A DNA stretch of 64,000 nucleotides. Origin: Candidatus Xenobia bacterium. Lineage in GTDB: Bacteria > Vulcanimicrobiota > Xenobia > Xenobiales > QWHO01. The notes under the pieces are model-generated. The model was given only the letters and a program-made list of their open reading frames with translations, ran no database searches and had not been told where the DNA came from. The stretch's first letter is position 1. Each line of letters starts with the position of its first letter. The stretch is from assembly GCA_045863235.1 (NCBI GenBank), contig BTUM01000004.1:146982-210981 (forward strand), read 5' to 3'. A program made the position numbers and the translations under genes. Positions 46,676-55,264 of the stretch are shown here, piece by piece.

Positions 46676-49600
46676 CCAGACCCGCCAGTTCCGACTCTAA
46701 GACCACGAAGGTGCCCTCCGACTCGGCCAGGGCCTGCAACCCGTCCTGCACCGCCTGCTTGGAAGCCTCCACGGCATGCGTCGTGGCGTCGTAAAGTTTC
46801 AGGTTCACGTCGTCCACCTTCTGGAAGGCGCTCTCGATCTGGGTGTTGTGGGCCTCCATCCAGCGGCCGAAGTCCAGGTCGATCGACTGGCCCCAGGCCG
46901 GGTCGGTGCGTCCCACGATGCCGGGGTCCGAATAGAGCCGGGCCACGAAGTGCTGATGGGCCGGCATGACGACCCCGCACACCTCGGTGACTGCGCGAAA
47001 CAGCGTGACCGCTCGCCCCAACGGCTTGATGGCGTCCCAAATTCCATCCACCGCCTCGGCAAACGCTGTCAGGGCGGCGGTGGCAAACAGGCCCACCGGT
47101 GCCGCCAGGCCTCCGGTGAGGAAGCTGACCACCGCACTGACCACCGCCACCAGCAGGTTGAACCCCCGCACGCCCCAGATCAGGCACGACTCGGCCGTGT
47201 CCAGTAGCTCGGCTCCGAACTCTTGCCAAACCTCGTTCTCCTCGTTCTTGAACGAGCCGGCGTCGATGTCCTGAAAATACCAGCGCACCGCCTCGCGCAC
47301 CGCCTCACGGTCGTGGTCGCCCCAGGCCGAGCTGCTGCGCAGGGCCTCTTCCAGGGCGGCCCCGATGGCGTTGGAGTGCAGCAGGCGCATGCCCCAGTGG
47401 AGGATCGGACCCGCGGCTACCTTGCCGCCCCCTTCGAATAAGCCCGTGAAGCCGGCCTTCCAGAAGAGGTCGCTGAAACCGTTGGACAGGCTATCGGAGG
47501 CCTCGCCGTGGACGGCTTTCATGACCTCCTTGAGGTTTCTTCCGAACAGGGCCGCGCAGCCGCATAGCAATCGCGCGCTCCAGAGGAGGATGAGCTGGTA
47601 GAGCCCGTTGGCCATGCCGATCAGATCGGTAAATATGCTTTCCAGCGCTTGTTGGGCCTCTCCCAGACTGGTCAGGGCCTGGCGCGACTCCTCGTCGGCC
47701 CGGCGGGCCAGGGTGAGCGCTTCGTCGGTCCTGCCGACCAGCTCGTTGGCCTGGGTCAGGCGCTGGCGGGTGTTGCCCAGGTTGGAATTGGCCTCGTTGA
47801 TCTGGCGCTGGATGCGGGCCAGTGTATTGGGGTTGCTGGCCTCTCCAGCCTGGTTGGCCAGTTCCACCAGCTTGTCTTGCAGCCTGGTCACCTCGTCTTG
47901 AAGCTTGCGGGCCTTGCGCGAGGCCTCCTGGGCCAGGCGCTCCGCGCGGGGCAGGTTGCGGGCCGCCTGCTGGGCGGCCCGAGCCATGTCCTCGGGAACC
48001 TCGCGCAAGCTCCCCAGGGGCGCAAACGGTCCGTCGGTGGGACGCGTCGGCAGGCGGTTCCCGATGGCGTCCGGCAGATGGCTGCGCTGGCCGCGCACCT
48101 TGCTGGCCAGGTCCTGGAGGTAGACCTTCAGCCCATCGGCCCACCCCCTCACCTGGCTGGCCCGGTTGGCCAGAAAACGAAGGACCCGCGGGTAGCGCGT
48201 GAGCGTACGGGCAAAAAACTTCCCCACCGCCCGCAGCATCCCCAGCAGCTTGTGACCGAGCACCGGGAAGTATTTCTCGCCCAGGTGGGCAAAGAACGCC
48301 CCCGCAAGAGTGCTCATGAAGCTGGAAAGCTGCTCGGTGAGGTAGCCGAAGCGGCGCTCGAAGAGGTCGGCCGTGTCCTTGCCCACTTTGGTGGCCACCC
48401 CCACCATGTTGAGGTTCAGGTAGGTCCGGTCGTACTCGTCTTCGGGGCACTCGCAAAGGCGCGTGACGAACCCGTCCCGGGCCAGGGTCTCCACTTCTGT
48501 GAGCACCTGCTTGAGCCGTTCGGTGGCCCACTCCTCGCCAGCCAGCCGCTGCACTCGCTCGAGCACCTGATCGCGCAGGGCCTGGGCCCCACCGTCGAGC
48601 TCCAGCGTGATCGAGACGCTCTTGGAGGTAGCCCCGACGCCCAGCACGCCTGCCCCCGAGGAGTCCGTGCTCGTCTCGCCCAGGGAGGCGTGGGCCACCG
48701 CGTCCTTCTTGCCGGCAGCGGCGTGCACCGACACCGAGAGCGACCCGGGTCGGTCCAGCTCCACGTCCATGCTGCAGGGGGCAAAGCCCCGCTTGGAAAC
48801 GGTCAGCTTGACCAGGCGGTAGTATTCCAGGCCGATCTGACAATCGGCCAGCTGATCCTCGCCGCACCAGGCCGAGGCGCGGATCCCGATGCCCGAAAGC
48901 CCCGCCATCTCCTTCTCGGCTTCCTCCATGGTGGGCTGGGCATAGGTGGCCCGCATCTCTCCCGCCTCGTCCGTCGCCCCTTCGGCGGGAGCGATCTTGC
49001 CCAGCCCGGGCTCGAGCTTCCACTTGACGGAGATGCCCGGTACCGCTTTGCCTCTGGTGTCCTGCACCAGCAGCGTGAGCGCCACCGACTTGCCGTCTCC
49101 GGTGCGCAGTCGGGGCTCGCTGGGGTCGATGGAAAGCCCCACCGAGAGCGGCTGCAACTCCACGCCGACCTTGCGCTTGATCCGATGCCCCCCGGGCACG
49201 ACGGCCTCAAAATAGAGATCTCCGATGTGGACCGCGGGCTTGAACCGTGGCTTCTCGGCCACCAGCTCGAGCAAGGCCCCGCCCTGGCATTGCAGCGCCT
49301 GCACCCTGGCTCCCGGCACGACGATCTGGGCCCCGATCGGGTCGGGTAGGATCTTCTCCTGAAAGCTCCCATCCGCATTCACCCGGTGCAGCGTAGCGCG
49401 AACTTTGATGGGGGTGCGGGCGTCCCCCTCCAGCTTGACCTTGTCCTTGACCTCGTAGGTGGACTCGCCCTCGGTGACCTCCAGCTTGATGCCGAAGGGA
49501 ACCAGCTTGACCTCCACCTCAGCCCGCAGCTCCTTCTTGCTGACCGGAATGGTGAGGCCCAGCGAAGACGCGATCCCCATGGCCAGCTCGAAGATCGGAT

Positions 49601-49859
49601 CGGCAATCAGCGTGATCCTGGCCCTATCGTCGTCCGGCAGTATGGCTGTGGGCTTGAGCCGCACCCTGGCGCGATACTCGTCCTGGCTCTCGAAGTCGGG
49701 GAAGAAGTCCAGAATGTCCGGCGCGCTGGTGAGCCGGGCCGTGAGCGGGACCTTCTTGTCTGGCTCCATGACCGACCGCACCTTGGCCCGTAACTCGCCG
49801 TCGGTCCAGTGGTCGGTATCGAAGCCGAGCACGATCGGTCGTGCTTTGGGGTCGCTCAC
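46668..49859 (-). CDS. 1063-aa protein: beta-rich N-terminus with Big_1 Ig-like domain, long coiled coil, C-terminal hydrophobic hairpin
   Basis: GTGA overlap start at 49859; 'V.DT.GKAVPG..V.W......G......TDEAG' Big_1 pattern; heptad region; LLVAVVSAVVSFLTGGLAAPVGLFATAAL. Confidence 0.8.
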   Translation of the reverse strand: MSDPKARPIVLGFDTDHWTDGELRAKVRSVMEPDKKVPLTARLTSAPDILDFFPDFESQDEYRARVRLKPTAILPDDDRARITLIADPIFELAMGIASSLGLTIPVSKKELRAEVEVKLVPFGIKLEVTEGESTYEVKDKVKLEGDARTPIKVRATLHRVNADGSFQEKILPDPIGAQIVVPGARVQALQCQGGALLELVAEKPRFKPAVHIGDLYFEAVVPGGHRIKRKVGVELQPLSVGLSIDPSEPRLRTGDGKSVALTLLVQDTRGKAVPGISVKWKLEPGLGKIAPAEGATDEAGEMRATYAQPTMEEAEKEMAGLSGIGIRASAWCGEDQLADCQIGLEYYRLVKLTVSKRGFAPCSMDVELDRPGSLSVSVHAAAGKKDAVAHASLGETSTDSSGAGVLGVGATSKSVSITLELDGGAQALRDQVLERVQRLAGEEWATERLKQVLTEVETLARDGFVTRLCECPEDEYDRTYLNLNMVGVATKVGKDTADLFERRFGYLTEQLSSFMSTLAGAFFAHLGEKYFPVLGHKLLGMLRAVGKFFARTLTRYPRVLRFLANRASQVRGWADGLKVYLQDLASKVRGQRSHLPDAIGNRLPTRPTDGPFAPLGSLREVPEDMARAAQQAARNLPRAERLAQEASRKARKLQDEVTRLQDKLVELANQAGEASNPNTLARIQRQINEANSNLGNTRQRLTQANELVGRTDEALTLARRADEESRQALTSLGEAQQALESIFTDLIGMANGLYQLILLWSARLLCGCAALFGRNLKEVMKAVHGEASDSLSNGFSDLFWKAGFTGLFEGGGKVAAGPILHWGMRLLHSNAIGAALEEALRSSSAWGDHDREAVREAVRWYFQDIDAGSFKNEENEVWQEFGAELLDTAESCLIWGVRGFNLLVAVVSAVVSFLTGGLAAPVGLFATAALTAFAEAVDGIWDAIKPLGRAVTLFRAVTEVCGVVMPAHQHFVARLYSDPGIVGRTDPAWGQSIDLDFGRWMEAHNTQIESAFQKVDDVNLKLYDATTHAVEASKQAVQDGLQALAESEGTFVVLESELAGLGD

Positions 49860-51151
49860 GCGAGCTGCTCCCACTCTGAGAAGGTCTCCACCTCGAGCTT
49901 CAGGTCGCCGAGCAGGGTGAACTCGACCGGAGCGGTCACGGGCTCGCCGTTGAGCACGGCGTTCACCGTGAGCGTGGCTTTGGGCGCGGGGGTTCCCTCT
50001 CCTCGCTTGACGGCGGTGACGTAAACCGCCTTTTTGTCGGCCCGCAGCTGGGGACTGCCCAGCTCCAGCCAGTCGGCCCCCGAGAAGCGAATGCTGGCGA
50101 TCGCCCCCTCCACGCTGAAGCCCTCGGGGGGGTTGGTCACCTGCACGGTGGCGTAGCACCAGATGCCCTCGGGATCGTCCATCTCCAGCTCGGTGCGAGC
50201 CCCCTCGGTGTCCACCTTGAGCTCGATTCTGGTCTGCTTGTCGGGCTTCTGCCCGTCTTCCGGGGGCGGACCGCTGGGCTTGCTGAAAATGGTGCTGCCG
50301 TTCACCGCCACCGCGATGACCGTGGAGATGATCCCCTTGATGGGAGGCCCCAGCCAGATCGTGTCCATGGCGTCCTCGGGCGAGCTGCAGTCATCGGCCC
50401 AGCCGGCAGCCGTCAGGAGCGCCAGCCAGGCCAGCAGCATGGCCGCTTTGGAGGGGGGCGGCCCGGCCTGGCGGAAGGCCAGCGAGCGCAGGGTGACATG
50501 GCCTAGCATGGTGGCGATGAACACCGAGTTGCGTGCGCTGGTGAAGCCCATGTTGTTGTCGGCACTGTCCCAGAAGCACCAGGCCATGGGGAGGGTCAAC
50601 CCGGCAATCAGGCGGTATTTGGGGGGAATCTGGTCGAGCAGACGATAGACAGGGGAAAGCACCCTGTCGATCAGGCTGCGAAATCCGAGCAAGGCCAGCA
50701 TCAGGCCCAGCACGAAGGCCAGAAACACGGGTGTTCCCGACATGACCGTGGCCTTCCAGCCGAACCGGAGCAGGCAGAAGAGACCAAACCCGGCCACGAT
50801 CAAGAAGACCGCGATGATAGCCAACACCTGCAACTGGTTCAGGCGCACCCGGGTGAGCTTCTCCAGCTTCTCGATCCCCTTGCCGGAAGCCGGTTTGAGC
50901 AGACTCTCGGGGTCGTCCAGGGCCTTCTTCAGCCTCGCGACGTCTTCGTCAACGGCTTTCTTGGGTTTGGGGACGTCCTGCTTGGACCTCTCGTCCGGGG
51001 TCGTCACCTCGACGGGCTCTGCCTTCTCCTGTCCGGGCACGATCAGCGGAACATCCAACTTCGGCCGAGCCTCCATCGTATGGCCGCATTCAGCGCAGAA
51101 CCGGGCTTCGGGTCGATTGCCCTTGCCACAATGAGGGCATAAGAGGATCAC
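49856..51151 (-). CDS. Zinc-ribbon, multi-TM protein with C-terminal Ig-like beta domain
   Basis: CPHCG...ARFCAECG; about 5-6 hydrophobic segments; ADDCSSPED; beta-rich tail. Confidence 0.75.
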   Translation of the reverse strand: MILLCPHCGKGNRPEARFCAECGHTMEARPKLDVPLIVPGQEKAEPVEVTTPDERSKQDVPKPKKAVDEDVARLKKALDDPESLLKPASGKGIEKLEKLTRVRLNQLQVLAIIAVFLIVAGFGLFCLLRFGWKATVMSGTPVFLAFVLGLMLALLGFRSLIDRVLSPVYRLLDQIPPKYRLIAGLTLPMAWCFWDSADNNMGFTSARNSVFIATMLGHVTLRSLAFRQAGPPPSKAAMLLAWLALLTAAGWADDCSSPEDAMDTIWLGPPIKGIISTVIAVAVNGSTIFSKPSGPPPEDGQKPDKQTRIELKVDTEGARTELEMDDPEGIWCYATVQVTNPPEGFSVEGAIASIRFSGADWLELGSPQLRADKKAVYVTAVKRGEGTPAPKATLTVNAVLNGEPVTAPVEFTLLGDLKLEVETFSEWEQLA

Positions 51152-51282
51152 TTCGCAGTGTTCGGCTCGCTCCGGGACGGCCTCCTGCCCACCCGGGCGA
51201 GCCCGGCCGAGGGGCATTTCACGGAGTGGCGAAACTGCCAAAACTGAGGCGGTCGAGCCTGTTCTAGCTGGAGGAGCAAGCT

Positions 51283-52521
51283 TTGTTTTGTGCCCATTGC
51301 GGCCTGGGGATGCAGCCGGATGACAAGTTCTGCGATCAGTGTGGGACGAGGGTCCCCACCGCGCCTTCTCAGGAGCGCGCGTTCGAGGCCTCGGCTACTC
51401 CGCCTCAAGACCGCGTCTCAGAGCCACCCCCGCCCACTCCTCCTCGAGAGAGCCTGCCCGAGACCTTGCCCGGTCCGCCGATTGCGCCTTCGCGAAAGGG
51501 CTCCGGGGGGCTCCTGGTCGCCCTCCTGCTCGGGCTGCTCGCGCTGGGGATGGGGCTGCTGGCCGTCCGCTTCCTGCCCACGGTGCTCGCCTCCGGGCCC
51601 GGCCCCAACCCAATTCCCGCCGAACCGAGCCTCATTCCGCCTCCCATCCCGACGCCGGCCTCCTCGACCCCCACTGCGAGCCTCATCCCGGCCACCGCGC
51701 TGACCGTCCCGACCCCGTCCTCGACCCCAACCGCCCTGAACGAGATGGAGGCCTTCACCGGCGCCTGGGTGACCGACAGTGGCACCATCATCGAGCTCGC
51801 CCTGCAGGGCGATACCCTGGTCGGCAAAAGCTCGGTGCACTCCGAGCTCCGCCTCTCACGCCTCGATCCGGCCGACGCCGTCCTGCACGGCTCCTACACC
51901 GAAGACAACGGTACAACCATCCCGGCCACGGCCGAGCTTTCGGCCGAACGGCTGGTCCTGACCCTGGCCCCACCCCAGAGCGAGTTCCATCGGGTGGTTC
52001 TCAAGCGCAGCCAGGGAGGCGCTCCTCTTCGCGCCCCTCTCGACGCGCGCGCCTGCGTGCCAACGCTCCACACCCTCCAGATCTTCCAGGCCCGTTATCC
52101 GGACGGAGACAGCGGCACCATCGAAGCCCGGGTTGAAGCCGAGGATGGGTCGGTGGTCAGCGTGACCGAGAGAGCCACCAGCAAGCTCTATCCCGGAGAG
52201 CCCACGGTGACGGTGCAACGGTACATCGAGCGCGAGGACGGCATCCACCGGGTCAGCGAGCGCAGCGACCAGCTCTGGCTCCCTTCCCGGCTCGAGCTGG
52301 GCGCCAGCTGGCGCAGTCAGGGCTGGGACTGTCGCCTGATCGAGCTTCAATCTCCCCTCGACCTGGGTTTTCTGCAGCTTGACTGCCTGGTGGTGGAGCG
52401 CGAGAACAGTGCCGTGCAGGTGCGCGAGACCATCTGGATCGCCCCGGGCTACGGCGAGGTTCGCGTCGAGATGGGCAAGGGCATGGAGACCCGCCGCCTG
52501 ACCTCGGTCCAAAAGCTGTAA
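51283..52521 (+). CDS. Zinc-ribbon, Pro-rich, single-TM protein with extracytoplasmic beta domains
   Basis: MFCAHCG......KFCDQCG; GGAGG RBS; TM LLVALLLGLLALGMGLLAV; C-terminal 'W.APGYG.V' motif. Confidence 0.8.
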   Translation: MFCAHCGLGMQPDDKFCDQCGTRVPTAPSQERAFEASATPPQDRVSEPPPPTPPRESLPETLPGPPIAPSRKGSGGLLVALLLGLLALGMGLLAVRFLPTVLASGPGPNPIPAEPSLIPPPIPTPASSTPTASLIPATALTVPTPSSTPTALNEMEAFTGAWVTDSGTIIELALQGDTLVGKSSVHSELRLSRLDPADAVLHGSYTEDNGTTIPATAELSAERLVLTLAPPQSEFHRVVLKRSQGGAPLRAPLDARACVPTLHTLQIFQARYPDGDSGTIEARVEAEDGSVVSVTERATSKLYPGEPTVTVQRYIEREDGIHRVSERSDQLWLPSRLELGASWRSQGWDCRLIELQSPLDLGFLQLDCLVVERENSAVQVRETIWIAPGYGEVRVEMGKGMETRRLTSVQKL

Positions 52522-52617
52522 GGCTCTCCGAACCACGCTACGCAGTCGACCGGTGGACAACGATGGTGTGCCGTCCGAGCTCCCACGCCAATTCGAGCTC
52601 TTGTTACGGCGGCCAGC

Positions 52618-54006
52618 CTACTTCCTGGGCTCGAGCACCTCGAACTGCACTTCGGATCGGTTATCTTCGGTGGTCGATTCCAGGCCCGGTCCGCCGCTCT
52701 CAACTTCAGCCACCACCGTGCCCGGTCCGGGACGGCCCGGCGTCCAGCTCAGGGGCACCTTGACCTCGTGGCCCGGCTCGAGTGATTCGTCGGCCCGGGC
52801 GCTGGCCACCGGCATCCCGCCCTCCTTGAGGGTGACGGTGCAGGAGAAGGCAGGAATCTCGCCCGTGTTGACCACGCAAGCGACGAACTGGGTTGGGCGC
52901 CCGGCCAGCACTTTGGAGGGAACCTCTACCCGCACCACCTTCAGGTTCACGCCAGGCTTGCCCAGCACGTCCACCTTGACGGTCGTGCCCTGGCCGCCGG
53001 TCAGCGACGCCACCAGGCTCATGCTGCCGCCACCTTTGGGCACCCATCGCACGGGCACGTCCACGATGGAGCCAGCTTCGAAGCGGCCGCGCTCGGTCTT
53101 GCGGGCCACCACCGTGCTGCCCACCTTCAGCTCGACCGGAATGGCGAAGGTAGCAGCATTGCCCCGGTTGACCACCCGCACGGTCACCAGGCAGGCGGCA
53201 TTCTCGCGCGGCGGAGCATCGAAGCTGACGCTCTCGACGGACAGCTCGGCCTGGCGGGCCGGCTCGACCTTCACGGCCACAGTGGGAGCCGGCTCAGCCG
53301 AGGCCGGATCGAGAGCGGCGCTCAGGGCCAGGGTGCCAGCCTGCTTGGGAGTCCAGTCGAAGGCCACGTTCTCTTTCGAGCCTGAGCCAAGGCGGCGCAG
53401 CAGACGCTGGCGGGCGACCTCCTTGCCCTCCTCGAGCAACACCACGGTGGTGCCGCCCACGGCGCCCTCGCCCAGGTTGGCCACCCGCACCATGACCTCG
53501 ACCTTCTCACCGGCGTAGACCTCTTTGGTGGGCACTTCCAGCGCCTCCACCCCCAGCCGACCGCGCAGCATCTCCTCGATGGAGAGCTGGCCGCTCATCT
53601 CGCCGCTCTGAAACGAGTAAATTTTTCCGGTGGCCAGGTTGCTGGTGGCCCGCATGGTCACGTTGCCCGACCCGGGGGCGGCTGCGTTGAGCGCTCCCTC
53701 CAGGTGGCCTTCAGCCCCGGGCGTTAGCGTGGTGCGGCTCTCGAGCACGCCGAGCAACTGGCTGCCCGAGGTGATGCGCACGCGCGCCCCGGCAGCGGGA
53801 GCCGAGCCGGTGTTCTTCACGGTCAGGCGAGCCTGCTCGCCGGACCACTCGAAGCGCAGCACCTCCAGGCTGGGCTCTTTGTCGCCCGCGGCCCAGGCCC
53901 CGGCCAACAAGACGAGGACGACGAGAAAGACAAGGAACTTGTCGACCGCTCCCCTCGTGGCTGAAAAGCTGTCGACCGCTCCTTTGGTCGCGAAAATCTG
54001 GCGCAT
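52618..54006 (-). CDS. Secreted protein with multiple CARDB/Ig-like domains
   Basis: Signal-like FLVFLVVLVLLAGAWAA; repeated 'V.V.N.G', 'V.F.WTP...G', 'E....DN'. Confidence 0.8.
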   Translation of the reverse strand: MRQIFATKGAVDSFSATRGAVDKFLVFLVVLVLLAGAWAAGDKEPSLEVLRFEWSGEQARLTVKNTGSAPAAGARVRITSGSQLLGVLESRTTLTPGAEGHLEGALNAAAPGSGNVTMRATSNLATGKIYSFQSGEMSGQLSIEEMLRGRLGVEALEVPTKEVYAGEKVEVMVRVANLGEGAVGGTTVVLLEEGKEVARQRLLRRLGSGSKENVAFDWTPKQAGTLALSAALDPASAEPAPTVAVKVEPARQAELSVESVSFDAPPRENAACLVTVRVVNRGNAATFAIPVELKVGSTVVARKTERGRFEAGSIVDVPVRWVPKGGGSMSLVASLTGGQGTTVKVDVLGKPGVNLKVVRVEVPSKVLAGRPTQFVACVVNTGEIPAFSCTVTLKEGGMPVASARADESLEPGHEVKVPLSWTPGRPGPGTVVAEVESGGPGLESTTEDNRSEVQFEVLEPRK

Positions 54007-54044
54007 GGTGGGTTCCCCCCAAAATTGAAAATTCTTCCGAGAGT

Positions 54045-54074
54045 TTGACACGCCGCACCGGGTTCCTCTAAACT
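54045..54074 (+). promoter_or_regulatory. Sigma70 promoter for cinA (TTGACA-18-TAAACT)
   Basis: Perfect -35; -10 ends 8 nt before ATG 54083, with no SD. Confidence 0.65.
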
Positions 54075-54082
54075 TCGTCGCC

Positions 54083-55225
54083 ATGCGCCGAGCCGAAATC
54101 GTAGCCGTGGGCAGCGAGCTGCTGACCCCCTTCCGCACCGACACGAACTCTCTGTGGCTGACCGAGCAGCTCAACGAGCTCGGGCTCGAGGTCCAGGCGA
54201 AGTCGGTAGCCGGGGACCAGATCGAGCTGCTGACCGGAGTGCTCAAGAGCGCCCTGGAGCGCTGCGAGCTGGTGGTCACGACCGGTGGGCTGGGGCCCAC
54301 CCTGGACGACCTCACCCGCGACGCCGTGGCAGCGGTGGCCGGCGTGGAGCTGGAGCTCTGGCCCGACGTGCTCGAGAGCCTGCGAGCCCGCTTCGCCGCC
54401 CGCGGCTACGAGATGCCCGCCAACAACGAGCGCCAGGCCCGACTTCCGCGCGGGGCGAAAATGCTCCCCAACCCGAACGGCACCGCCCCGGGCTTCATCC
54501 TGGAGCTGGACGGCAAGCGACTGGTGGTGCTGCCAGGTCCGCCCCGCGAGCTCAAGCCGATGTTCAACGAGCACGTTCGGCCCCTGCTGGGTGGTTCGGG
54601 CGAAGTCCTGGTGCGTCGGGTGCTGAGAGTCAACGGGCTGGGCGAATCGGCCCTGGACGAGCGAATCGCGCCCCTCTACCGCCATCTGGACAACCCCAGC
54701 ACCACCATCCTGTTTACTGAATATGACATCGAGATCCACCTGACCGCCCGGGCCTCCAGCCGCGAGCAGGCCCAGGCCTTGCTCGAAGCTCTGGCCGCGC
54801 CCATGGCCGAGAAGCTGGGGAAGCGGGTCTACTCCACGTTGGGCGAGAGTCTGCCCCAGGTGCTGGCCCGCGAGCTGAGAGCGCGCGGAATGCGCCTGGC
54901 CAGCTTCGAGAGCGGCGGCGGGGGACGTATTGCCGACCGCATGATGGCCCTGGATGAGGGTCCCGAGGTCTTCGCCGGGGGCCTGGTGGCCCCCCGACCG
55001 GCCAGCCTGGAGGAGGCCGCTGCCATGGCTGAGGAAGCCCGCTCGCGCTATGGGGCCGAGCTGGCCGTCAGCTCCTGCGCTTGCGGTCAAGAGGTGTATC
55101 TGGGCCTGGCCGGGCCAGACGGCCTGGAGACGCGGTCCGTAAGCCTTCTCGGCAACCGCGAGCTGGTGGCCGCGCGCGCCTCGCAGTCGGCCCTGGACTG
55201 GCTGCGGCTGGTCTACCTGACCTGA
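54083..55225 (+). CDS. cinA: CinA-family competence/damage-inducible protein with shortened C-terminal domain
   Basis: VGSELL, DTNS.WL, TGGLGPT.DDLTR, N.RQA, N.NGTAPG, LPGPP.E...MF. Confidence 0.88.
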   Translation: MRRAEIVAVGSELLTPFRTDTNSLWLTEQLNELGLEVQAKSVAGDQIELLTGVLKSALERCELVVTTGGLGPTLDDLTRDAVAAVAGVELELWPDVLESLRARFAARGYEMPANNERQARLPRGAKMLPNPNGTAPGFILELDGKRLVVLPGPPRELKPMFNEHVRPLLGGSGEVLVRRVLRVNGLGESALDERIAPLYRHLDNPSTTILFTEYDIEIHLTARASSREQAQALLEALAAPMAEKLGKRVYSTLGESLPQVLARELRARGMRLASFESGGGGRIADRMMALDEGPEVFAGGLVAPRPASLEEAAAMAEEARSRYGAELAVSSCACGQEVYLGLAGPDGLETRSVSLLGNRELVAARASQSALDWLRLVYLT

Positions 55226-55264
55226 CGCACAGGGACCTTGCTCAGGGAAGGGGAATTCCCACCC

